Shown: one piece after another, positions 1-9,154 of the stretch
Position numbering within the stretch: position 1 is the first letter of the stretch
Layout: each line of letters starts with the position of its first letter
IMG/VR virus record: IMGVR_UViG_3300012953_000014
Location: 1-64,000 of that record
Origin: a virus
Reading direction: 5' to 3' (one strand)
Length of the DNA: 64,000 bases
The notes under the pieces: generated by a model
Told to the model about the DNA's origin: nothing
Database searches by the model: none
Seen by the model: the letters and a program-made list of their open reading frames with translations, nothing else
Made by a program: the position numbers and the translations under genes

Positions 1-460
1 TGACCATTGAAATAACAATAGTGTCGGGATGTAATGTGTGGCCCGCAATCTTTCGACTATCAGTCAACTCCATCAAGGATTGGCGAACATCATTGTTTGC
101 ACGATCGACTTCGTCAAAGAATAGTATACACGGTTGTGAACATGCTTGTGCAAACCACCCCATTGGGGCAAACGTAGTGATTCTGCCATGCTCAGATTCC
201 CTTGGCTCCGGGACACCAATAACATCGCCAGTATCCGCCATCTGGCTTGCACGACGCTCAACAACAGGAAAAACATAATCTTTTCCATACTTTACAGTAA
301 AGTCATCGCCAAGAATACCCGCTAACTTATCTGCTAACTGATAAACAAGCTCTGACTTGCCAATGCCATGCTTGCCATGACCCATAATGGGCTTCCGACT
401 GCGAATGATATATGGTGCAATCTTGCTGAATTGTGCGAATGAAATACCGAGTGTAGCCAT
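1..460 (-). CDS. MoxR-like AAA+ ATPase (runs off the window edge; absent from the ORF track)
   Basis: Manual translation from ATG at 460 (AGGAG RBS upstream): MATLGISFAQ...GHGKHGIGKS (Walker A)...ILFFDEVDRA (Walker B). Confidence 0.8.
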   Translation of the reverse strand, partial: MATLGISFAQFSKIAPYIIRSRKPIMGHGKHGIGKSELVYQLADKLAGILGDDFTVKYGKDYVFPVVERRASQMADTGDVIGVPEPRESEHGRITTFAPMGWFAQACSQPCILFFDEVDRANNDVRQSLMELTDSRKIAGHTLHPDTIVISMV

Positions 461-562
461 GTTTATAATCTCCTTTGACCTATTTAGTAAACCTATTGTC
501 TCATATTATTTAGAAAATGTCAACAACAAAAGGTTAAATATTTATCTTTTTTGTTGAAACCC

Positions 563-1213
563 TTAAATTAAATTGGGTAAATGCCAGTCGGCAGAGTCAT
601 ATCCAGAATGCCATTCAAGGGGGCGGTTAGACCCCACTTTCTCAGCATCTACTTGTGCGATGATTTCAAACTGTGGGGCTGCAAACTCATCCATCAAAGA
701 GGCAAACTCAATGGGCAACAAGAACGAGCGTTTAACACCAGTTGGAAATGCAACCAACATTACCTGTTGTGCTCGTGATTCCTGACGGTGATCTAGGTGA
801 TGCCAAAGAAGCTCCGTTACCATTGCGTATTGACCATGTTTGGCTATAATATCTTTCAAGCGATTCTTTATCCAGCTTCCCGATTTAATATCATCCATGC
901 TCCTAAACTTTAACAGAGTGCCCGGAGCAAACCCAGTTTCTTGGCAAGTTTTCAAGAACTCTGCCCTCCAAGTTCGTGACTTTTCGGCCTGGTATTGCCG
1001 ATCTTTTGCTAGTGAAGGACAAGTTCTTTTTGTGTGACCTTCCTCTCGGCAATAAGAGCATCTGCGAGGTTTTTTAATTTTTGTACTTTGCTTCATTCGC
1101 TTCTCCTTCATGGCATAGTAACTATCAGGATTCTCACGAATATATTTCTTCAAATCTGGGCATGTTCGCCTGTTGTGGCCCGTCTTATAACACCAACTGC
1201 ATCTTACTGACAT
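563..1213 (-). CDS. Double CCHC zinc-knuckle protein
   Basis: Two C-x2-C-x4-H-x4-C motifs (CSWCYKTGHNRRTC, CSYCREEGHTKRTC). Confidence 0.75.
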   Translation of the reverse strand: MSVRCSWCYKTGHNRRTCPDLKKYIRENPDSYYAMKEKRMKQSTKIKKPRRCSYCREEGHTKRTCPSLAKDRQYQAEKSRTWRAEFLKTCQETGFAPGTLLKFRSMDDIKSGSWIKNRLKDIIAKHGQYAMVTELLWHHLDHRQESRAQQVMLVAFPTGVKRSFLLPIEFASLMDEFAAPQFEIIAQVDAEKVGSNRPLEWHSGYDSADWHLPNLI

Positions 1214-1225
1214 TTATTTCACCTT

Positions 1226-1447
1226 TTAGCTTCCGCTAATCTCAAAATCGTTTATACTAACCAATTCTACATCAGGTGAATCAAATATGTCAAGTGATTT
1301 ATTGTTTTTCTCCAGTGATTCTTCAGAAAGTTTTCTAATCTCAACAATATCTACAGGGTTTTTACCTATGATATCTAAATAATCCAATTCGTCGTCGGTA
1401 AGTGGGGAGTCCAGGTCAAGCCCTTCAAAGATGTTATCTAAATTCAT
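1226..1447 (-). CDS. Small acidic hypothetical protein (likely start MNLDNIFE at 1447)
   Basis: ORF track; the longer upstream start overlaps a terminator hairpin. Confidence 0.5.
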   Translation of the reverse strand: MNLDNIFEGLDLDSPLTDDELDYLDIIGKNPVDIVEIRKLSEESLEKNNKSLDIFDSPDVELVSINDFEISGS

Positions 1448-1482
1448 AAATGTATTATTCCACATAAGATTAAAAAAAGCAA

Positions 1483-1520
1483 TAAAAAAACGCATGATGC
1501 AAATCACACCATGCGTTTTT
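1483..1520 (-). terminator. Probable intrinsic terminator
   Basis: aaaacgcatg...catgcgtttt inverted repeat flanked by A/T tracts. Confidence 0.55.
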
Positions 1521-1551
1521 CGTTTATACCCTGTAGGGATTTTCCCTATTT

Positions 1552-1740
1552 TTATTCTTTGCTATCTTCTTTTGGCATTTCATCAACTGCCTTGATTAGT
1601 CTCATGAAGTTTTCATACCCTTTTTTCTCTGTAGGTGACATTGTGGCATAGTGAACATCAGCGAAACGATCCAATTCTTCGATCCACTCCTTCATTTTTT
1701 TATCTTGCTTATATTGTTTTAGGTTTACTACCTTCTTCAT
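1552..1740 (-). CDS. Hypothetical protein
   Basis: ORF translationally coupled to neighbour. Confidence 0.6.
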   Translation of the reverse strand: MKKVVNLKQYKQDKKMKEWIEELDRFADVHYATMSPTEKKGYENFMRLIKAVDEMPKEDSKE

Positions 1741-2045
1741 TAAATCTCCCTCAATAGTTTTTCAATATCTTCTATCAACTCTAGCTTGGATTGTTCACCA
1801 CAAAGAGGTTCTGAGCGATAGGATACTGTGGCTGTTGAAGTGATCAACATTTTTTTTGCCCTCTTTAATACCTCTTTAAGTTTATCATTTGTTTCCTGTG
1901 CTCGAAAGTAGTCTTCCGCCGTAGCATAACATTCTTTACTCATTTTTGCCTCCAAAACCCGATAAATCCAGGCTTCGATTTCATTTTGTGATAGTGTTTC
2001 ATAATCCTCAAGTCGCTTTAATTCTTTCGCGATAAATGGAATCAT
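1740..2045 (-). CDS. Hypothetical protein
   Basis: ORF in tightly packed operon. Confidence 0.6.
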   Translation of the reverse strand: MIPFIAKELKRLEDYETLSQNEIEAWIYRVLEAKMSKECYATAEDYFRAQETNDKLKEVLKRAKKMLITSTATVSYRSEPLCGEQSKLELIEDIEKLLREI

Positions 2046-2377
2046 TTTTTATGCTTTCGCAAAACATCATTTGTCACTTCAAACTCTTCTCCTGAAAAAT
2101 CGTAAGTTGGTTTCGCTCTTGACTTACTGATGCCGACTCCCTTCACTCGACGAATATCGGTTCTTCCAGACTCATCATGTGGGTGGAACTGGGCCATCCA
2201 ATCGTTGTGTTGTTTGTATGGGTCCTTGTTTGAGTTAATGGTGTGATTCCCACAGCCACACCAAGTGACAGTCCGTATCTCTGGCTCTGTCGTCTCCTCT
2301 TTGTCTTGTGTTTCCTCGGGTTCGCTTGGTTCCGACGGCGATGAGTCCATGTTCCCCAGTAAGTTTGTCATATTCAT
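2042..2377 (-). CDS. Hypothetical protein
   Basis: ORF in tightly packed operon. Confidence 0.6.
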   Translation of the reverse strand: MNMTNLLGNMDSSPSEPSEPEETQDKEETTEPEIRTVTWCGCGNHTINSNKDPYKQHNDWMAQFHPHDESGRTDIRRVKGVGISKSRAKPTYDFSGEEFEVTNDVLRKHKK

Positions 2378-2378
2378 T

Positions 2379-2909
2379 TTAAATCCTCGTTTTAAACTCT
2401 AGCCTTATTGATTCTATAAGCTCTTTGTAATATTTATGAAGCATTCGGTTTCTTTCTTCAACTTTTTTTCCATATCTGATTATTTTATCTTTGTTCTTCG
2501 ACCGTGGCCAACCTTGCCCACCATTATAACATCGGTAGGCCAATCGACCGCGACATTGTCTATAGTTGTCCCTAAAAGAGTTCAAGATATAAATGCCCTT
2601 TGATATGTTCAAGTTGGGCTCAAGCAAAGCAGCTTCGCAATGGCTAATGGATTTATATTTAAATTTCTTATACCACCATTTACAATTAACCTGAAACAAT
2701 CCTGTGTCTTTTGTGTGAGAGTATGCTCTGGGATTCAGAGAAGATTCGGTGATTGCTATAGCTAACAACTCATAAGGATCTTGCTTTTTTTCCTCTGCTT
2801 GTCTAATAATCTCTCTAACGTATTTATGTTTGGATTTTTTCTCCAAACTGTAAGGGTCACATGCCACGACCAAAGCAGAAACATGTAAGACAGAAACTAA
2901 CCAATCCAT
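2379..2909 (-). CDS. Lytic transglycosylase (SLT domain) with hydrophobic N-terminus
   Basis: SLT motifs AIAITESS (catalytic E), GLFQVN, YNGG. Confidence 0.85.
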   Translation of the reverse strand: MDWLVSVLHVSALVVACDPYSLEKKSKHKYVREIIRQAEEKKQDPYELLAIAITESSLNPRAYSHTKDTGLFQVNCKWWYKKFKYKSISHCEAALLEPNLNISKGIYILNSFRDNYRQCRGRLAYRCYNGGQGWPRSKNKDKIIRYGKKVEERNRMLHKYYKELIESIRLEFKTRI

Positions 2910-3262
2910 TAATCCTCCGAATCATATAAGGGTTGATCGAAAGGCCAATCGCCTTCATAATAATAGTCATCCCACATATCATCTTCGCGAGAATCATAAC
3001 TATTTTGAAACAGTTCTTCGAGTTCTATTTCTTCTTCGATAACTTCCTCATCTAATAGTTGTTCAATCATTAAAGCATTTATTTCATCATATTTTTCATC
3101 TGAGATTTTCTCTCGACACTCTTGTAAATTTGACCAAGCCTCTTTCGCTGTCATATCCCCTGAGATGAAGTCTTCAATAATCTTGTTTGCTAAAAAGTCA
3201 TTCATTTTTTGTCTCCTTTGACTTGCACACCATATTATAGATTTTTGTGTGACGTTTGTCAA
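2909..3262 (-). CDS. Acidic hypothetical protein
   Basis: ORF track; start uncertain (may be MNDFLA). Confidence 0.55.
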   Translation of the reverse strand: MTNVTQKSIIWCASQRRQKMNDFLANKIIEDFISGDMTAKEAWSNLQECREKISDEKYDEINALMIEQLLDEEVIEEEIELEELFQNSYDSREDDMWDDYYYEGDWPFDQPLYDSED

Positions 3263-3265
3263 GTA

Positions 3266-5185
3266 TTAAATACAAATGTTTTGAAAGATATTCCTCAATA
3301 AATCAGTATAACGTGTTGGATCCGGTGGATAAATGTTCACTAGTCTATCTAATTCGTTGTTCACAACATCATCCCACATATAGAAAAGGCTAGTATTAGT
3401 AATGATATACGACTCATACATGTCTCCCGGCATACATTCTCCGACTCGACAGTTTATATTTCTTGTTTGGACTTGTGGCTCTTGAATGCCGACCCAACTT
3501 TGACCAGGTTCATCAGTAACCATGACGATATAGGGGTACGCATCTGCTCGCCATCCAATACCCACAGGATCTGCGGGGTCAGTTAAATTGTACATCACAT
3601 CCCAACTTGGTTCATTACCCCCACCATTACAGGTTAAGCCAAGCAAGATGGAACGGAAGGTCCCCACATCAACTAAAGCAGGCATGGTTCGCAGCTCTTG
3701 AGTTAAATTGCTGTTATTGGGATAAACACCTGGGAAAGCGACCAGTGCGAAGCGATGCTCGGTGGTTTGGAACTGATCCACATATTGTGCGATTCCTTGG
3801 GCAAGGGCTGTGATAAAAGGACACATTGAACCAGATATATCAATAGCGAACACCATGTCCACCTTGTCATGCGGGTTTAGATCTTCGTCTATTGCACCAT
3901 CACAATCATTATCAAGCTGGTCGCATATCTCTTGTTGGGGCGAGACTGCTCCAATGCAAGGCGACCATTGACCGGCAGAACAGGAACTGGTTCCTACTCG
4001 ACACTCTCCCACTCCTGCTGTGGTGGTGTTTCCACAAACTTGTGACATTCCATCGACCACACCATCGCAATCGTCATCCCAGTTGTTACACGTTTCCGGT
4101 GATGTATTAAAGAAGTAGCATGGACCCCATACACCGTATTCATCACATATCTCTACTCCAGCACCACAATCTACAACTTGGTTGGTCGCTGGGTTTATGA
4201 CATTTTGATTACAGATTCTTGCTTGGCCTTCTAAACAGTTGCAACCCTCATCGACTTCGCCATCGCAATCATTATCAAGGCCATCACAAATTTCTGTTTC
4301 TGGCTGTGGTGCGTCACAGTTTTCCCAAGTGCCAGCGTTACACTCCTCAACACCATTGCCACAAGCTGTGGCACAACGTCGAATGATACCCTCATCTACT
4401 GCACCATCGCAGTCATTGTCGGCTCCATCACAGGTTTCAGCTTCAGGATAAATTGCATCAATACATTTTGATTCTCCGCCATCACAAATAGTGCGACCAT
4501 ATTCGCAAATGCCGACTGCTCGACCGGGGCCACATATTGTAAATCTTATATTATCTACAACACCATCACAATCGTCGTCCATTTGGTTGCATGTTTCTGC
4601 ACCTGGTAAGACCTGATTGTTGCATGGACTCCACCCACCATTTATGCAATATTGTTCGCCCTTTTTGCACGAAGTGGTTCCATCCAAAATCACGTTGCTT
4701 GGACCAGACCAACACTCTAAGGGCTTGATATCGTTATCAATACTCTCGTCGCAGTTATTATCTAATCCGTCGCAAGTCTCTGGTGCTCCCGGATGGATGA
4801 AACGTGAGCGATCGTTGCAATCACCTTCACATGTAGTGTATCCATCGTTGTCAAGATCGAAGGGTTCGTCGATCAAGCCATCACAGTTATTATCTAAGCC
4901 ATCACAAACTTCTTCAGTCGGAGGAACAAACCCCACGCACACCTCTTTACCGTCGTCGTCGCATTCAAACTTACCAAACTGGCATTGCCCCGTGGAGTAG
5001 AGCGGGCTATTTTTGAATTCTTCGGCTGAGATGCCGCTCCCATCTTGTGTGATGCCACAAGGATAGTTGATACGACAATACTGTGATAATCCACCGGATT
5101 CATCACAACTCGCACAACCTTGAATCATGGTCGCTACCGCGATTGTGATGAATAATATTTTTCGGTGGGAAAATTTATTTCCCAT
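3266..5185 (-). CDS. Putative lipoprotein with MopE-related Cys-rich repeats and C-terminal vWA domain
   Basis: Signal peptide ending IQG-C; ~7 ExCDGxDNDCDG repeats; MIDAS motif DISGS and later VMVTDE. Confidence 0.8.
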   Translation of the reverse strand: MGNKFSHRKILFITIAVATMIQGCASCDESGGLSQYCRINYPCGITQDGSGISAEEFKNSPLYSTGQCQFGKFECDDDGKEVCVGFVPPTEEVCDGLDNNCDGLIDEPFDLDNDGYTTCEGDCNDRSRFIHPGAPETCDGLDNNCDESIDNDIKPLECWSGPSNVILDGTTSCKKGEQYCINGGWSPCNNQVLPGAETCNQMDDDCDGVVDNIRFTICGPGRAVGICEYGRTICDGGESKCIDAIYPEAETCDGADNDCDGAVDEGIIRRCATACGNGVEECNAGTWENCDAPQPETEICDGLDNDCDGEVDEGCNCLEGQARICNQNVINPATNQVVDCGAGVEICDEYGVWGPCYFFNTSPETCNNWDDDCDGVVDGMSQVCGNTTTAGVGECRVGTSSCSAGQWSPCIGAVSPQQEICDQLDNDCDGAIDEDLNPHDKVDMVFAIDISGSMCPFITALAQGIAQYVDQFQTTEHRFALVAFPGVYPNNSNLTQELRTMPALVDVGTFRSILLGLTCNGGGNEPSWDVMYNLTDPADPVGIGWRADAYPYIVMVTDEPGQSWVGIQEPQVQTRNINCRVGECMPGDMYESYIITNTSLFYMWDDVVNNELDRLVNIYPPDPTRYTDLLRNIFQNICI

Positions 5186-5231
5186 ACTAGTACATATTAC
5201 CCTATTTACTAAAAGTCTTTAAATTTATTTT

Positions 5232-5828
5232 TTAAAATCCGAAAGATTTTAGTTCTTTAATAGCTTGACGTGTGTTTTTGTAAAGAATGGTGAGCCCACC
5301 GTTCCCCTTAAACTTACTTGTGTTACTCTCAAAATCATCAATGAGGACTCCAATCTTGCCATTGTATTTGGCGTATGGAGCCTTATCATATCTAATCTGA
5401 ACTCGCTCTTTCGGTAAACCGATGTGGTCCTTTACCCACTTCTTTTTTCCTATGACGGCTTGAAGGTCAGTTGGTTTGGACAAGATGATTGGGTCATATC
5501 TTTCTATGTATTCCCATAACTCTTTTCCACCTGGAAGCCACTCTAGTCCCATCCAAAATCTGCGGTTATCCATCAGAACTCTGTAAAGAAAGTTTCTTGC
5601 CTCTTTCTTAAACAGTTTGTGTGTCTTGTCCAGATGCTCGGAAGTCAATGTTTGACCTTCAAGAACCTCTCGGGCTTTTGCCTGCACTTTTCTGTAGTTA
5701 TCAGAAGCCGATTCTGGTGGTTCTGAATATAGAGCTTCGTTAACTCCACCAACGAGATCAACAAGGACTCCGTCCATGTCACAGAATATTTGATATTTGT
5801 TTGTTATTTCCATAAAATCCATCTCCAA
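5232..5828 (-). CDS. HAD-family 5'(3')-deoxyribonucleotidase-like protein
   Basis: FCDMDGVLVD motif I, ILS, K-x-x-W and LIDD motif IV. Confidence 0.8.
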   Translation of the reverse strand: MEMDFMEITNKYQIFCDMDGVLVDLVGGVNEALYSEPPESASDNYRKVQAKAREVLEGQTLTSEHLDKTHKLFKKEARNFLYRVLMDNRRFWMGLEWLPGGKELWEYIERYDPIILSKPTDLQAVIGKKKWVKDHIGLPKERVQIRYDKAPYAKYNGKIGVLIDDFESNTSKFKGNGGLTILYKNTRQAIKELKSFGF

Positions 5829-6157
5829 CGCGGTCTTATCTGCAAATAGTTTTCAGTCTCATCATGCTTATATGCTTCTTTTTCTGCCCTAATATTATAG
5901 TAAGCTATGATTCCGCTCCTGAAGCGGGTATAGTTTTTAATATAGTCATAAACATACAACACAATGAAACCAATAAAACATGTTTCTAAGAACTGTTGGA
6001 AGTGAATGGTTTCATGTTGTCGGGTCTTCTTTGACATCGTGCCTCGACTGAAGACAACGAACCCTAGAGTGATAGCTCCGATATTTATCGGAGCAACGTA
6101 AGATAATAAACGTGGAACCCAAGAGTTTTCCACAAAGATTGGTTTCCAATTTCTCAT
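5804..6157 (-). CDS. Small membrane protein with HExxH motif (zincin-like)
   Basis: HETIH plus downstream EKEAY; hydrophobic segments. Confidence 0.6.
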   Translation of the reverse strand: MRNWKPIFVENSWVPRLLSYVAPINIGAITLGFVVFSRGTMSKKTRQHETIHFQQFLETCFIGFIVLYVYDYIKNYTRFRSGIIAYYNIRAEKEAYKHDETENYLQIRPRWRWILWK

Positions 6158-6160
6158 GAG

Positions 6161-6706
6161 TTATTTTTTGATTCCGTGCTGGTCCTTGACTTTGAGGACA
6201 CAGGATTCATATTTATCCTTGTCTTTTCTGCCAACAGACTTTGTACAAATCGCCCATGGATTAGGTTTTGCGTCTTCCTCAAGTTCATCTATTACTCTAC
6301 CTGTCTCTCCATGCACTTTGATTAAGTTAATCTTTGGATAATCTTGTTCAAGTTCTCTCCAAGTTTTATCACTATCGTCAATGTGCGTTTCACTTCCAAG
6401 CTCATCTATGATCTTACCTTTATTTTGCCAACTTGTCAAGTGAATTTGTTCTACGGGCAAACTATAATCATTAATAAATGATTGTATTTCTTCTTCAGCG
6501 GATTCAAACCCTGATTCATAGACTTCACTAGGTTTTCTCCTAGAGACGATGTGGATCTTTGCGCCATTATTTGCTAACCTTTTTATCCTATTAATGATAG
6601 GACCGTTGGCAGTGTTGGTGTCCTTCATCTTCAACGTGTTGTCAAAGTCAACAGTCACAACAGATTCATTAAGAAATCTTTTCCATTTTTCTAATAAGAG
6701 TTTCAT
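6161..6706 (-). CDS. HAD-superfamily phosphatase with N-terminal MKLLxExW peptide
   Basis: VDFDNTL, IVSRR, HIDD motifs; C-terminal NPWAICT module. Confidence 0.7.
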   Translation of the reverse strand: MKLLLEKWKRFLNESVVTVDFDNTLKMKDTNTANGPIINRIKRLANNGAKIHIVSRRKPSEVYESGFESAEEEIQSFINDYSLPVEQIHLTSWQNKGKIIDELGSETHIDDSDKTWRELEQDYPKINLIKVHGETGRVIDELEEDAKPNPWAICTKSVGRKDKDKYESCVLKVKDQHGIKK

Positions 6707-7431
6707 TCCTTAAAGTCTTCCGGTGTTTCTAAGCCGGATCTCCTGGTTCTTTTATCTAGTTGTTGCAGCGTTTTGACATTTCCTAGTTGACCCTTGCTCT
6801 TGAGTGTAAAAAGGGCGCTTACAGTATCAGAATCTACTCCTTTGGGAATGGTGTATTCTTGATTAGGTTTGGTTTTTTGAACCAGATTGAGTGCCTGAAT
6901 GAATGAGGGCGATAAGCTCAACAATCCAGCCAAAGCTGCTGACGCGATCACATTCTCCTCAAGACCCTCTTTGTTCATTCTCTTTGTTTTTTCTTTTGAT
7001 GCTTCTTTTCTTTGCTCGGCATACGCAAGAGCTTTCTTTAATCTTGCTTTAACTTTAGGATCTTTAGCGTTTTTATGTGCAGCTCTAACTCTCTGATGAA
7101 TCAAATTGATGACCTGTGATTGTCTTGCATGTGATTTTGATTTAAACGATGCTTTGGATAAAGTGTCTTTGATATCTTGTACGGAAGAGAACTTGACTGA
7201 GACTGTATCTTTTGGGTTCTCATCGGTGTACAGTCTTCTGCTTGAACCCTTTGGTTTCTTGCCTGTTCCTTTTTTGGGTTCTTTTCCCTCTTCAGCCTTT
7301 ACACAATTCCTATATGTTTTTCCAAACATCTCTTTTGTTTTTTGAGTTGGATGAGTTTTGTAACCTTTTTGGCAACGCTCTTCAAGAACCTCTTCTATGA
7401 TTTCTAACAGATTTTGTTCGTTCAGTTTCAC
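6703..7431 (-). CDS. Modular basic protein, putative internal head protein
   Basis: N-terminal MKLNEQNLLEIIEEVLEE followed by short Lys-rich modules. Confidence 0.6.
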   Translation of the reverse strand: MKLNEQNLLEIIEEVLEERCQKGYKTHPTQKTKEMFGKTYRNCVKAEEGKEPKKGTGKKPKGSSRRLYTDENPKDTVSVKFSSVQDIKDTLSKASFKSKSHARQSQVINLIHQRVRAAHKNAKDPKVKARLKKALAYAEQRKEASKEKTKRMNKEGLEENVIASAALAGLLSLSPSFIQALNLVQKTKPNQEYTIPKGVDSDTVSALFTLKSKGQLGNVKTLQQLDKRTRRSGLETPEDFKE

Positions 7432-7475
7432 TTTAATTTAACCTTAAACCTCACGGGTTCTTTTTTGGCGAATGG

Positions 7476-7769
7476 TCAACTCTCTTTAATCTCATCGTCA
7501 GAACCAAAGTAGCGTTCTGGATCAACTTTGATAACTGGGAAGTTCATCAATTCATGCAGCTCTTGGGCAAACGCAAACACAGCATCATGAACTCTGTTTT
7601 CCATATCACTATTTTTATCATACCCAGGCATCAACTTGCTTAACCCATCTTGCATAGCGTCTGCCATCATTTCTGGTCCAGATGGTGAGTTTTCATCATA
7701 ATCATCCTCTGTTAAGTTTGACAGCTCTTCTTTGATGATTTGTTGTAGTTTTTCTTTAGTTATTTTCAT
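7476..7769 (-). CDS. Hypothetical protein with MKITKEKLQQIIKEEL N-terminus
   Basis: ORF with shared N-terminal amphipathic motif. Confidence 0.65.
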   Translation of the reverse strand: MKITKEKLQQIIKEELSNLTEDDYDENSPSGPEMMADAMQDGLSKLMPGYDKNSDMENRVHDAVFAFAQELHELMNFPVIKVDPERYFGSDDEIKES

Positions 7770-8091
7770 TTTTTTTGTTCCCGTTTTGTGGTAAAGACTT
7801 CTCCAGATGGAGAGAACTTAGCCTATCATTCCTTATAATTAGTTTCCTTTCTGTATCATAGATATAAAATACTGTTTTTGTAAGACCAGTGCGTATTATT
7901 CTTGCTTTCTTTACTCCATTAATATAGACGATATCATCGGCATTGTAATCATTTCCAAGAAAGAACATGATTCCCTCAACAAACCTTTGAATGATATTTT
8001 TGAAAGTTAATACTGTGACACCCGCAACAAACATCCAACCATATTGTCCCAATAAATCAGAGACTATCTTTTGTATTTGCTGTTCGGTCAT
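7756..8091 (-). CDS. Small membrane protein resembling the MscS TM/beta domain
   Basis: TM helix followed by YNADDIVYING...IIRTGLTKT, like the MscS F-x-x-GD-x-V-x-I-x-G...IGLR-x-T pattern. Confidence 0.5.
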   Translation of the reverse strand: MTEQQIQKIVSDLLGQYGWMFVAGVTVLTFKNIIQRFVEGIMFFLGNDYNADDIVYINGVKKARIIRTGLTKTVFYIYDTERKLIIRNDRLSSLHLEKSLPQNGNKKNENN

Positions 8092-8093
8092 GG

Positions 8094-9143
8094 CTATTCA
8101 TTCGGGACTAACTTCTTAGTGCGCGTTGCAACTTCTTCTGAGTTTTGGATTGCCGCTCTACCAGATTTTTTAGAGTTTCTTATGAAATACCTATTGATAT
8201 TTAATGATAGTTCTTCTAGTGCGTTGTATACTGAAGTGACATCTTCACCAAGCTGATCAGCATAGTTTGCTGCGATGTTTTTCATTTCCTCTGGCGAGCC
8301 AAAGTTTAAGGTTGCAATGGGTTCAATCTGTGCCACTGTTTTGCCCGTTAGAACTGTTGTTGGGATTGAAAATTTTGTTCCCTTTTTCCATTTCGGATTT
8401 GAATCAATATTGAAATCTCCACCCATGCCTTCGGGTACACCCTCGGTTGCTCCAACAGTGAACTCATAAAAATCTATATTTGTGACGCTCGCATCATCAC
8501 CCATTTTTTTGATAGCGACAAGGTACGGAATGGGCATACCATATTCATTAATGCTTGCCCTCAAATCCTTTAACGAACCTTTGATGGCCTTGCTTCCGCC
8601 CGACGCACCTCCTTTGAAAAACTTCAAACTCATAGGTCTTCCGCTAGCATCTTTAATATCTGCAATGTCGCCGCCTGCATCGCCAGATCTGCCTTGGGTT
8701 GCAATAACTTGTTGTGCATCTGCTCCGAGAAGGGCTGCCACAAACACCTCGAACAAGAAACCTCCGGTGGAAGCATTAAAATCATAAACAATGGAAGTGA
8801 AGATCTCAAGAGCCATCAATCTTGAAAGGATGGTAGAAGCTGCCATTTTTCGACAACTAACGATGTTGTCTCCTTTACAGTTATTTACAAATTCATTGAT
8901 CTTATTAACTTTATTTGAAAAATCACCGCCACGTGCCACTCTGGACAAGAGAGCTTCAATCTCTTTCCTATCCTCCGAACTAGGTTGTCCCCACTGCTCA
9001 GATAGTTTAGGGGTTGGTAGCGTTATTGTTTTCTTGTTTTCCTTTGTTTTTACTTGCGATTTTTGTTCTCGCAAGATACTTGAGCCTTTCTCTTTTTCTT
9101 CTACCAAAAAGTTTTTCCATTTGTGGTTCATATAATCATTCAT
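8094..9143 (-). CDS. Possible PD-(D/E)XK-fold nuclease
   Basis: GFLFE...ADI...MSLK arrangement; N-terminal KWKNFLVEE peptide. Confidence 0.45.
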   Translation of the reverse strand: MNDYMNHKWKNFLVEEKEKGSSILREQKSQVKTKENKKTITLPTPKLSEQWGQPSSEDRKEIEALLSRVARGGDFSNKVNKINEFVNNCKGDNIVSCRKMAASTILSRLMALEIFTSIVYDFNASTGGFLFEVFVAALLGADAQQVIATQGRSGDAGGDIADIKDASGRPMSLKFFKGGASGGSKAIKGSLKDLRASINEYGMPIPYLVAIKKMGDDASVTNIDFYEFTVGATEGVPEGMGGDFNIDSNPKWKKGTKFSIPTTVLTGKTVAQIEPIATLNFGSPEEMKNIAANYADQLGEDVTSVYNALEELSLNINRYFIRNSKKSGRAAIQNSEEVATRTKKLVPNE

Positions 9144-9154
9144 AATCTTTTTCC

